NCBI GenBank assembly: GCA_001949185.1
Contig: BDGG01000003.1
Span: forward strand, 1,987,663-2,051,662
Length of the DNA stretch: 64,000 nucleotides
Source: Ramazzottius varieornatus
Lineage: Eukaryota > Animalia > Tardigrada
Direction: 5' to 3'
The notes beneath the pieces were generated by a model that saw only the letters and a program-made list of their open reading frames with translations, searched no databases and was not told where the DNA came from. Both the position numbers and the translations under genes were made by a program. Shown here piece by piece: positions 48,386 to 64,000 of this stretch. How positions within the stretch are numbered: the stretch's first letter is position 1; each line of letters opens with the position of its first letter.

Positions 48386-48547
48386 GGAAATGCTCCGGTT
48401 CAGTACATTATTCCACGTCCCATTTTTCCGACTTCGGTTTCAGGATCCCTTGGCCTTTGTGGGTCAAAGCTGGAATACCATACGTGGATACTGAGTTTGA
48501 TGTTTTGAAATTTTGACCACCTGTGGAAATTTTCAGACATTTCGAAA

Positions 48548-51500
48548 ATGCGGAGGATACTGTGGTCGAGTCTATTCCTGATTTTCTTGGATTTCCTGTC
48601 GGTATGCTCCGCTCTGTGTCCGCCCGTGTGCGTGTGCGACATTGATGGGGCCGGAAGGAAACGAACGAGGTGCGAAGGTGGAGGTATCAACATACCTGGC
48701 ACCTTCGACTTGAGCCAACTCGATGCCGATACTTCAGTTCTCATCATCGGAGGAAGCTCGATCACGAAACGCAATACTTTCAACCTGACACCGCTGATGT
48801 TCCAGAATAAACGGTACGGAGAGGAATATTTCCGACGTCGGCAAATGACTTTCGGGATCATTTTCGCAACTGGCGCACACATGTAGCCAACAGTAATGAG
48901 AACGTGCGCGACTTGGGACAATAAAAAAACCATGCTCAGTTCATTTGCCGACGTTCCATTGTTCGTTCATTGTACAGTACGAAACTAATTCTCGTTTAAA
49001 TATTTGCAGCTTCGAAGAGATTCATCTGTCTTATTCGAACATGGACCGCCTTCCCGACATGCTCTTCTTCTACATCTCGGGCACGTTGAAGGTACTGGAC
49101 CTAAAGAACAACGATCTGCGGGGTCTGGGCGAGAAAAACTTTCGCAACTTGTCAAGGCTGACGCACCTTCACTTGGACAATAACCGAATTGTCTCCGTCT
49201 ATTCGGCCATGTTTTCCTATTTGACCAACTTGAAGGTGCTGACCATGTCGTACAACTTGATCAGCGACGTGCCGCAACGCATGGGTCTTCAGCTGACCAG
49301 GCTCGAGGTAAGTTCAACCCAATCATCCCTGACCAACATTACTTATTAATTCATTTTATTGATATCTGTAAATTTTGTGGTCGGCGCAAGTTGTGAAGAA
49401 TACGATGGAACCGCTGATGGTCTATTTTTATCTGTCCGTAGCTGATCGGCCAGTTTAGATTTCTGAACTTGTCGGCAGTTTTAGCTCACAACCACCACCG
49501 TAATTAACTAACCTGGTTTTTCCGGTTTGTCTTTCAAGGTCTTCGATATTAGCCACAACCCTCTTGGTGAGTCAAACATTCCGGAAATGAAGCAGACCAT
49601 TCCCGAGGTAAGAAAGCGATACTTTTTCCAGTCTGAACTCCACATCAGGCTACTGTACCTTCGAGAGGTTTTCCAAAAAATTCCGCACTTTAGTAGATGC
49701 TCGAAAAAGGGGATTCTCCGAGCCAGAAGGCAACGAAGTTCTCATCCCCTTTTAACATGTTATATCAATTGCGCACAATATGAACATGGTTTCTGTACAT
49801 GATTTCCAACCTGGTGGCAAATGTAATTTTTGGCCTCCGTTTTCCAGGCCTTCTTTCAAGATCTGGCCAGTCTTCGCGTCCTCAACCTCAAAAACACCTC
49901 CATTGACAGCATCCCCTGGAATGCCATCCAGAAGAGCAACCTCAACCTCCAAGAAATCGACCTGTCGAGCAACCGCATTCCAGCCATCCAAGCAAATCAA
50001 CTCTCATTGGTGCGCAACTTGAAGAAGGTCAGTTTAGGAGGAAACCCCATCAGAGAGATTCAGCCCGGCGCACTGAACGGTCTTTACCTGGAAAACCTCG
50101 ACCTGTCCGGTCTCCCCGCTACCGTCCTTAATCCGGGCGTCTTTGCCCAAGCCAGAGTCTTCAGGCTGGACTTGAGTAACATGAACCTTGTGGAACTGAA
50201 CAGGGATGTCTTCCTGCCGATTAGTCAGGACTTGATCGGCTTGAATGTCAGTGGCAACCCAAACTTGGCGATTCGGTCCAGAATGTTCGAGCTTTTGCCG
50301 GCCTTGAAGGACCTGTCCATGAGTGGGATGAGGAAGACGGCCCTGCCAGGGGACTTCTTCAGCTACTCGAATGCCATTGAAGAACTAGATCTGTCGCGAA
50401 ATGGCCTGATCGGACTGGATGACAGCTTTTTCCAACCGCTCGTCCAGCTGCAGGTGAGTTTCTCTATTTCGGCAAGCTAAGTTAGTTGGGACGTCGGCGG
50501 ATATTTCACGGAGATCGTTATATCAAGTGACGCAAGCTTGCGTTGCAGTTGGCTGAGAGTGCGCGCCAATTGTGATAACTATCTGGGTGAATTCATCTGC
50601 CAACGTCCCAGCTGACATTTTAGAAACTCGAAATGGTTATGGAAATTGACAAACAATGCGATTGGTTTGCTGGCGCCCAAATAATGCCGGAATAATCAAG
50701 AGCATTCTGTAAAGCTGCCATGATTGTCCGAGACGCGCCAAGTTTCGCTATATAGTCTTGGGAGCTTCGACAATGGAATACCTGTATTCTGTTGACTTTG
50801 TTGTTCGATGTCCGCGTTAGGCTTTCCTTAGTCTTAAGTCATTGTTTGCTCACCTTCTATATTTTGGCTTTGCAGCGTCTCGACTTATCCGTCAACCAGC
50901 TCCAACGCGCCCCAATGACCATCAATACGCCAAGGATCCAAGAAATCGACTTGAGCTCCAACGATCTGAAAAGCTTCCCCGACGATCTGGTGGCCACCTT
51001 CTCCACACCTGCCTCGTCATTACAGTCCCTCAAGCTCAATAACAACCCCTGGGTTTGCGACTGCGGCGTCGCTGGACTGGGTAAGTTTCAACTTTTCAAA
51101 GAGAACTTCGATTCAAGAACTGAATCCGGGTGAACACCCAAACTCGAACGTGGGAATTGAAAACGATCGTTGTCTCAGGTGGCGTACGTTTCTCTGTTCT
51201 TAGTAGAGACCGCGCGTCACTTGGAAAACCATCCCGAAACTCAATCAGATTTCTTTCTCCAATGGCGCACGTTCCCAGTGTTATCGGCTGGCAGCATGCG
51301 CTACTTGGCAAGACGATCGGGTCCGATCATCTGCCGACGTCCCATATTCGGCAAGATTTCAAAATAAGTGAAGTTAAAATGAAATGTGGTCAGGCTTGAA
51401 TAGTTTTCATCTGAAAGCATCGTTTAGTCGAACTTGAATATTTGCCCTTTCGGACTCTAGGACTCTGCTTTCTAGAGATTATCAATTCAATTTTTTGTGC

Positions 51501-51965
51501 GTAGGTCGGTGGCTCGCGCCTGGTTCAATGAGTCCAGGTTTCCAGAAAGTCTGCATCGGGACTGGGAACTTCACGTGCCCTACCTGTGTGCAGCCGAACA
51601 ACTTCCGTGGAACCCCGCTTAACGCTCTTCCCGAGCAACTGCTGACCACCTGCATGCCCCAAGAAAACCGCACAACGGCTAGTAATGCTAACATCGACGT
51701 GATAATAGCCGTGGTGGTTTGTCTCATAGTCCTGATCATTGCCATTCTTCTGCTCGTCCTCTGGTACAGAAACAGGTTACACTCATACCGAACTTACGAA
51801 GAAAAGCGCAAGGACGGAGAAGCCTTCGAGCAAAATGGCGACCTGCCGGATGTTTTTGAGGAAGTTCCTCCCATAAGTAAACCAAAGAATGGCTTGCCTG
51901 ACATGCAAGCGCCTCCAAGGACGATCCAGCCTGTCGTCTTGCCGAAGCAGCAGTCGGACGTATAG
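48548..51965 (+). CDS. Leucine-rich-repeat single-pass transmembrane protein with a C-terminal PDZ-binding motif
   Basis: Signal peptide, LRRNT (CPPVCVC), many LxxLxLxxN repeats, LRRCT (NNPWVCDC), TM segment IDVIIAVVVCLIVLIIAILLLVLW, and a tail ending QSDV*. Confidence 0.9.
48867..48915. repeat. Dispersed palindrome copy 13 (LRR intron)
   Basis: CAACTGGCGCAC-N25-GTGCGCGACTTG. Confidence 0.78.
50524..50572. repeat. Dispersed palindrome copy 14 (LRR intron), with long outer arms
   Basis: CAAGTGACGCAA-N25-GCGCGCCAATTG inside TGGGACGTCGGCGGAT...ATCTGCCAACGTCCCA. Confidence 0.75.
51176..51307. repeat. Dispersed palindrome copies 15 and 16, adjacent (LRR intron)
   Basis: CAGGTGGCGTAC-N24-GCGCGTCACTTG (51176-51223) and CAATGGCGCAC-N25-ATGCGCTACTTG (51260-51307). 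Confidence 0.72.
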
Positions 51966-52742
51966 CTTTCTTTTTTTAGAACGCTGAATAGTATTTGCAC
52001 ATACACGATGCTGACGAATGGCTCTTTTTTTGTACTGAGTGGAGGAAACTTGACGAAGAATTCTGCTGAATTCTTATTCGTATCTGATGATGACCAATGG
52101 CTTTTGGCGAGACGGATAGGGAAATGTTATTGTGTTCAGTAGTAGCGCGCAGCTGCTGTTTGATGTTTTTATTTGTTGTTGGGTTTTCTGCTTTTGGTAG
52201 CGGACGATCTGCCAGTTTTTGGCTCTGTAGACGCGTACGCTCACTGTAGTTTTTCTGCACTATCATCCGTACTTCTACCACGCTTTTATTTTTCACCCTT
52301 ATGTTTCACACAATAAATTTCGTTGAATTACATGAAAACGTTCTTGTTTAGCTCCAGCTGAGTGCCACTTGAGTACGTCGGCCAGCATTACCGACCGTTT
52401 TTTATACACCTGCATACATGGTCCGGTAGGCTAACTGCAGTGCGCAAGTACGCAGGTGCACGCAGACGATAGCTCGAGCTGACAGTGTAGTGAATATGAG
52501 AGGTAAAAAGGTGAAATTTAAAATTTTCTGGTTAATAACATCCTGATCATCCTCTGGAATATCGTAGCAAATATTAGAAGATAAGGTATGCAGTAAGAAA
52601 ATAAAACCTAATCATGAAGAACAAGCGACTTTGACCATGAAAATGAAGCACAGACACGAAATCGAAAGGACCAAAGTGCCATATCATTCCCGATAAGATG
52701 TACAACTTGTTCGTTTATAGAAGAGCATCAAACACACTTTAT

Positions 52743-53766
52743 CTAACAGCACTTCTTCTTGTTCTCTTCTTGTCCAGCAGCATTCATCTGGATGGCATCT
52801 GCGTTCCTTCGGGTATCAGCTGGGGAATGTGATTTGGGCAGTTTGCGGGCAACTTCACTGAAGACATCCGTCACGTTCTGTGACGATTTGGCCGATGTCT
52901 CCAAAAAGATTAGCCCGTTTTCGTCAGCATACTTAGCTCCTTCTTCGTACTCCACCTTTCTCTGGTTTTCCAGGTCAGCTTTGTTGCCCGCGAGAGCGAT
53001 GACGATGTTGGGGGATGCTTGTCGTTGCAGTTCCCTCACCCACGTCTTGGCTCTTTCGAATGACTCGGGGTTGGTAATGTCGTAGACGATGATGGAAGCC
53101 TGGGCTCCACGGTAGTACATGGGCGCCAGACTGTGGTAGCGTTCTTGGCCTGCCGTGTCCCATATTTCAAACTTGACAATGGCGTTATCCACCGTGACAG
53201 ACTGCGTCAGAAAAGCTGCTCCGATGGTGCTTTCTTGGTGCTCGTAGTAGTGTCCCTTCACGAAACGCAGGACCAGGCTGCTCTTCCCCACTGCAGCTTC
53301 CCCTGAAACAACAAGAAGACCAAGTTGACTGTTTTCACGGAGACAGTATAGCAAGGGAGCCTGTCGAGTCTTCTCGAGCTTGAGTTGCTTTCATGCATGA
53401 TGAATCCATAGCTCTTCAAACTCAATCAAATCAAAACAGTGCAAAACTGAAAACTCAAGCAAGCTTACGCTTGATTGATTACAGTAACCACACAGCTGCA
53501 TTCACAACGCAACCGGCGAGCACATCAAACCAATCAAATACAATAACAGTACAGATAGACTACAAACTCCAATGTTTTCAGATATTTCTAGGAAGACAGT
53601 CATTTTCCAACGCAAGTCTTACATTTTGAAATTCCACAGGCTTTCAGGACTTACCCAGGAGGACGAGCTTGAACTGGAACATCTGGGACGGCGCACCAGA
53701 AGAGGGCCCCACTCCTTGACCAGCTGATTGTGGCCGAGCTCCTCCACCTCCCGTGTTACGCTCCAT
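52743..53766 (-). CDS. RAB5: Ras-related protein Rab5
   Basis: Two coding exons: FQFKLVLLG|[56 protein letters not shown], and a CC prenylation end. Confidence 0.95.
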
Positions 53767-55419
53767 CGTCACCTGCTGTTGAGCTGTTCGAAGCAGTAAG
53801 GGTAATCCCACGATAGATCAGGCACAGATTCAATGCTTAGAGCTGGAGGAACAATAGTCATATGAAACTGAAGAATCAGGTTTGTATCCGTCGACGTCGT
53901 CAACATCGATCGCGATAAAGTGCACCTGCTGGTTACAGTACAGTGCACAACAGGTCAAATGGTTTAGGTTTAGTTTGATTGGTTGAAGTCATAAGACTTC
54001 TCTTTCTAACCGATACTGACGTATTTGCAGGCCCGCCCTCCAGGGTCCATTATTCCTGATGAACCGAAAACCAGTCTCTTGTATCCTGTTTCATAGTTTT
54101 CTACTTCGTGTACGTATGCCCTGCAGGTTCTCACTCGCTGGCAGAGATGAACGGATGAAGACTCTCAAGAGGGAAGGCTCTTAAGACGGAATCTGACATC
54201 AACGAGATGGATAAACAGCTAACGGAAGTTGCTTCGGCCAAGCTAGCGGATATACCCGCAGTGCTGCTGGAAGGCATATCTTACGTTAGTGCGTCGGGTT
54301 GGTTCGACAATTCGGAATACGTCGGTAGGATCCGAACAAAATATCTTGAAGTTTTCTGATCAGCCGATTGAAAGACTACTTGAAGGGTTTGCCGACATTG
54401 GAAGGCAGTAATCTCAAGGGAATCGGCCCCGTTCCTTCGACATGTGGCTATCAGCCTCCCGGAGCTGTTCCACCTAGAGCACAAGTCGGAGCTGGATTCC
54501 AAGCATAACTGTGGCAGTTCGTAAAGGGAGCTAGACTGTTATCATGTATGTATGGTAAGCTATCGGTATCTGGTGTCAACCAGGAAGCTCCTTACGGCGG
54601 ACCGAAAGACGTTTGCGATGAATACAAGCTGCAAGTTTTGACTGACAATCGCCAGCAGTTCATCAGAACAGTGACGTATGCTGACAAGGATGTGGGTTAG
54701 AAGCTTTTGGGACATCGTACGCGTATGCGTACGCCACCGCCATTTTTGGAACAATTAACGATTTGAAAAAAATCAGTAACAAATTGATTCGACGGGCATG
54801 TGACCTAAGTACCAGTACAGCTTGGGAGCTGGGGCATGGATTGAACCAGGTCGCTTTTGCAAGTTGGGCACGCTTTGGGCCTGTAACAGTATAAACGCGC
54901 ACCGCTTGAAATGACGATCTGGTTGAATTTGTTTGCATAGGTCTCATCTTAGCATTGCGTTTGTTAGTTTTGAAGAGGTTTCACGCCACGCTGAGGTTTC
55001 CTTGTCGCCATTTGTCGTCTGACTATTTTCATGTGTTAACAGCTGGATTCTTTTAATCGGGTCGCGAACGGTAGCAGTCACTTTGTCTGGTTGTTCCTCG
55101 ACGTTAAACCCAATAAACTCAACTCAAGATAAAACCCTTGAATCTGGTTCAGGCTCGTTCGGGAGTTTTTGTTCGCGAGAGACTTTCAACGCATAAATAC
55201 CTCGGAAACGTATGTCCTCTTAACACACCAAGGATCAAGGTACACTGTTTTCTCGGTGATTCCTGCCAGCGTATATTTGTTCACAAAAGCCCGCTATCGC
55301 TCATCAAGCCAATTTCTCAAACGAAGATCCGGCTGGATTTCAAAACTTCCCAGTCCAAAATCCAAAGCTAACGGCGGCAAAAAAACGGGAAAAACACGTA
55401 TTTCCTTCTGAGACGGTAT

Positions 55420-60044
<4,625 letters not shown>

Positions 60045-60308
60045 GTTGGTGGGTCAGGATGGAATCCAAGGGATCCAGAAACTTCCTGATAGATGAGAGA
60101 AGGGGAGCAGCACGGATCCGGTGAGGTCGGAATGAACGCCAAGAAAGAAAATTTTTCGGATCAAACTCATCGAAGTTAGCTGAAAACAAACGGCAGCATC
60201 GGGCCGCTCGTCCGTACACGTGAGATTGTTGATTAGTTTATCGACAAGTTGGCACTGAATCACGCATCCCCGGATCCGCCCAAAACTCGTGAGAGCGCCC
60301 GATTTTTA

Positions 60309-60972
60309 GCGCCGGGAAGGGTGTACGTACAAAACGGGTACCGTCGCTACGTCATGCGTCAGTCTGACGGCAAGCCAAAACTTTTCGACGTCGACGCCCG
60401 TTCTTTTGGGGACTAGTCAAGTTGACGAGGGGATTATGCCTGTCCCCACCTCTTTTTGGTCAAACTGTCCTGGCGGAACGAGAGAGGGGAGTCTCTTCTA
60501 GGATCTGAGCCAGTGAGCTAAATCCCGCGTCGATCCTGGAACAAACTACAGGGACTCGGGAGTGACGTCAAAAGTAGGACGGTATATAAGCAGAGTAATG
60601 AACAATCAAGACTTGATTGTTCGATGGTTGATTCGGTTGTTGATTGAGCCTGTGCTTCCTGCTCATCAAGTTTTCTGCTGTTTTCAACCTTCTCTCATTN
60701 NNNNNNNNNNNNNNNNNNNNNNNNNNNNNNNNNNNNNNNNNNNNNNNNNCATCAAGTTTTCTGCTGTTTTTCAACCTTCTCTCATTTGCTCATTCATTCC
60801 TGCGCTTCTCTGAAATGGAATCCAAAAAGAGGTGGGGACAGGCATAATCCCCTCGTCAACTTGACTAGTCCCCAAAAGAACGGGCGTCGACGTCGAAAAG
60901 TTTTGGCTTGCCGTCAGACTGACGCATGACGTAGCGACGGTACCCGTTTTGTACGAACACCNTTCCCGGCGC
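60309..60972. mobile_element. Foldback element with 151-bp inverted arms containing hAT-transposase-derived sequence
   Basis: Arms 60309-60459 and 60822-60972 are inverted copies with one mismatch and one N. Possible GCGC target duplication. 23-nt identity to 26045-26067. Confidence 0.75.
60700..60749. other. Assembly gap (50 N) flanked by a ~36-bp direct overlap
   Basis: CATCAAGTTTTCTGCTGTTTT(T)CAACCTTCTCTCATT occurs on both sides of the gap. Confidence 0.95.
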
Positions 60973-62367
60973 CATCAATTACCATTATACTTCGAACTGT
61001 TGTAATTGTCCAAGTTTACTTGATTTTCGCAATAACGTACCACTCGAAATTATCAGTCACCGTTGTGAGGTTTCACGCAGGAAGCATATATTTGGCGGCA
61101 GTCCATATGCACAAGTCAGAAAATAGCTCTCTGGTCTGCAAACCTTAGCTTGTCGTGGTCCGAGGTGAATTTTTGCCGGTACCGTTAGGTAGATCGCTCA
61201 TTCCACAACCTTTAGTTGCCACAAAATTTCTGCTACATTTTCTCCAAAAATGTTCGCTCTCGTTGTCCTTACACTTATGGTGATTCTTCCGCCCGGAATT
61301 GCTGCCCAGCATAACGGTAAGTTTGTCTCTAAAAGAAGGTTTTACTTGTACTCCACTTTACAGATAGTCGTAATCTAACGTGGTTAGATCATTCGTGACT
61401 TCCAGTCCGCACGTATTGCCTAAGCTTGATTGTTGAATGATCGGAAATCATGGACGGTATAGTTGCGTCAGCCTACAGCCATCGGTGACGCTTCCTATAC
61501 CCTTGAACATGCCTTGTTTCAGGCGGTAAGAACCGTATCCAACCTACTACGGTAGCTGGCAATACGACTGCCCTACCGGAAGCGAAGCTGGAGAAAGTGT
61601 CCGCCAATGTCCCGCTGCACCTCCATGCCCACCTTCTCCTCTATGCCCGGCTGTACCTCCCTGTCCAGCTATTCCTCCCTGCCCAACATACAACCGGACG
61701 GAGCACGACCTGGAACATCGAAAGGATCGTGGTGCCAAGCACGGGGACACTGGTGATGGAAAATGCCCTCCTCCGTCCGTGAAGATTTACTCGAAGGTTG
61801 CCGGCATGGAATTCGGCGCAGGAACATCCTGCAAAGGAACGTCGCCGGAATTCCTCCTTACCCTAGGACCGGGTTCGACAGGCATGCTGTGCTTCGCGGC
61901 CATCGCCCTAGGCTACTTGCAGTATCTGGGCATGAAGTACCAATCAGCAACTGCTGATTCGGCGGATATGGCGGAGAAGGGAGGGAACTATGGAAGGCCA
62001 AAAAGACACTGAACATCGCCAAACAAGCTGGGCCATCGCCGCCGGAACAGCTGGAGCTGACCGGTACGTTAAGTCAGGATACTCGTTTTACTTTTTCATT
62101 TGAATTTTGTTTTATCTCTATACGTTCACCGTGTTGTTTTCCATATCTGGACGGAGTCTTTGATTTTTGCGTGATACCGCGTTCGACCCTGGATGTACTA
62201 TTGTTTTCTTTTGCTGATTGGACTTTTGTCCGCTTTGTACAGTTTTAACTTGTAAATGGTCACCCGACGTGTTGCCCTTCCCACTTCCGCTGCAGATGTA
62301 AACAATCAAGAGCTTGATCATGCGTTTCGCTCTCCAGCAACGCGCGGTTCAGCAGCACATCAGTGGT
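60973..62367 (+). repeat. Segmental duplication, copy B
   Basis: Reverse complement of 20516-22360, lacking 20782-21300 and with an extra ~75-bp insert near 61115-61190. Confidence 0.93.
61250..62012 (+). CDS. Cys/Pro-repeat single-pass membrane protein, copy B (possible pseudogene)
   Basis: Exons 61250-61316 (MFALVVLTLMVILPPGIAAQHN) and 61531-62012, differing from copy A by a few substitutions. Confidence 0.55.
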
Positions 62368-62503
62368 TGCGACTTCCGAGCGCTGACGAAGTTCTATGAT
62401 ATCGATATCAGTCCTGACGAAGTCTTCTGGCGTTGACCGTCTTCGGTTTTACAGATCCTTATCGCAGTTCTCGCATCCAGAAGGACCGACGAGGAAGTCC
62501 AAG

Positions 62504-64000
62504 ATGATGGAATACCACGAACAACAGCAAGGTTCAAACATGGTTTACCGTTGCAACGAGAAGCCCACCGACCTGTTGATCCTTCCTGTCCAGTTGAATG
62601 TTTCCTTTTTCAGAGGAGCAGCAGAGCATGCAGCAAGCTGATCAACAGGCGATGCAGTGGGCACCGCCTTTCGATGAAGCTTTCGGAACGGAGCAGATAA
62701 CTTCGGCGGCTATTCTGGAAGAGAAGGAGCGAATGGAGGCCTGGTATGAAACGTGGAAACAGACTCTTTGCGATAAGGTTCGTCAGCTTAGTTTTCTTCT
62801 CCTTGTGAATACTGTCAAGGTCTCGGCCGTACCAATGGTAGAACTTTGTGTTATAGGACGAGGAGATAATTCGAATAAAAGCGAACGTCGAACTCCACCA
62901 AGCCCAAGTTCGAGCTGCCGAAGCCGAGAAGGTCGCACTGGATGTCATCCTGGCCAGTGAGATCGAAGGACGGAAACAAACAGCTGCCAAGTAAGTTCTC
63001 CGCACATTCAAAGCTTGGAGTATGAAAATCAATCTGAAACTACGTGACTCGTAGGATGCAAGAGTTGCAACGTCAGATCGATGTCGTGGTGGACGATCAG
63101 GAAACTCTGGCGGAAGTAACACGACGAAGTATGGTCAAACGTTTCTAGTCTCAACTGCTAGCCTCTAGTTTCTTCAGATAGTCTGTAGGTGCAAAGGTTT
63201 AGGTCAGTGAGTGAGGACTTTATTGCAGTGGAACGTATCCGACAAACTGCAGATGTACAAGATGAAGCTCGTAACAACGCATTGGAAGTAAGTTCTCCAC
63301 TTCACCTCTCCATATACTGACTTGTTTATATTGTATAAAAAGAACCGTTATTGATTTCTTGTTTTCTTTCCCAGGTTTTGCTGGGTCAGATTGAGGAAAT
63401 TCGACTGGAGTACGCTGATGAACTAGCGGAGATCGAAGATGAAAGTAAGTTTCAAACCTCAGTCGCATCGTTTCGTTCTTCTGGTCGGTCACTACTTTCT
63501 GAAACCCACCTAGTCAAAGCGAAGCAGCATCAAGCCTTAAACCACCAGGACGTGCTGTCGGCGCTTCTTGCGGAGGTATACTCTACTACTCCTCCATCAC
63601 TTAGACTTATTGTCATTTGCTGCAATTGTTACGAAACGATTTTGAGAGTGAAAGCTCTGTTTCGCAGTTGGCAGAAAAGAAGAAGAGATCGGCTGATGCC
63701 GGAAGAGAAGCTACTGAACTGGAGGAAGCTTGCAAAAAACTTGAGAAGGAATATACCGAGCTCCGCACAAACAATGGTAATTTGTATCACCGTATTTGTC
63801 CAAGTATCAACGTAAGTGTATCGTTGGGTCAAATCCTGTCCTTGCAGAGACTGAGCGGCAGAAACTGGCTGCTAAGGCCGCTGAGATGCAGAAGACAGAG
63901 TTGGAACTGGCGGAAGCTTTCGCGCGCAACGCACTCCTGAAAAAAGAAGTGGCCAATGCGGAAGTGCAGCGAGGCGAGGCGCAGGCCAGACACAACCAAG
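62504..64000 (+). CDS. Unknown acidic coiled-coil protein, 5' part; runs off the right edge
   Basis: A series of short exons join in frame with canonical splice sites: MMEYHEQQQ|EEQQSMQQ...WKQTLCDK|DEEIIRIKANVELHQAQVRAAEAEK...|MQELQRQIDVV...|VLLGQIEEIRLEYADELAEIE...; heptad-like E/K/L/A composition. Confidence 0.72.

Noticed and set aside
60664-60786. Direct repeat flanking the N run as a biological tandem repeat
   Set aside because: More simply explained as an unmerged contig overlap differing by one T in a homopolymer.

Overview
Compact, intron-rich eukaryotic genomic DNA with mostly 60-100 nt introns. It is very probably a eutardigrade (Ramazzottius/Hypsibius-like), because it carries a five-exon SAHS (secretory abundant heat-soluble) family gene. 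All gene models were spliced and translated by hand, and family calls rest on recalled motifs rather than database searches. Left to right: the 5' part of a RIN/Sprint-like SH2 gene; a solitary 5S rRNA copy; two paralogous small disordered-protein genes sharing an RRxS / SF-x-YPGG motif; two tandem aldo-keto reductases, one frameshifted; SAHS-like; TAF1A-like; prefoldin 5; a Cys/Pro-repeat membrane-protein gene duplicated in inverted orientation about 40 kb away; a decayed hAT transposase with a nested MITE; a trithorax/MLL-like gene whose SET domain has lost its catalytic motifs; an ~11 kb gene-poor stretch; an LRR transmembrane protein; Rab5; SPT16; a 151-bp-armed foldback containing hAT coding sequence; and the start of a coiled-coil gene. 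The most notable observations are four. (1) A probable pseudo-methyltransferase trithorax paralogue. (2) A ~49-bp palindrome, CAAGTGGCGCAC-N25-GTGCGCCACTTG, present at least 17 times, mostly in the longer introns, with near-fixed spacing. (3) An unrecognised two-gene family of disordered proteins. (4) A Mu-killer-like hairpin built from transposase sequence at a duplication breakpoint.
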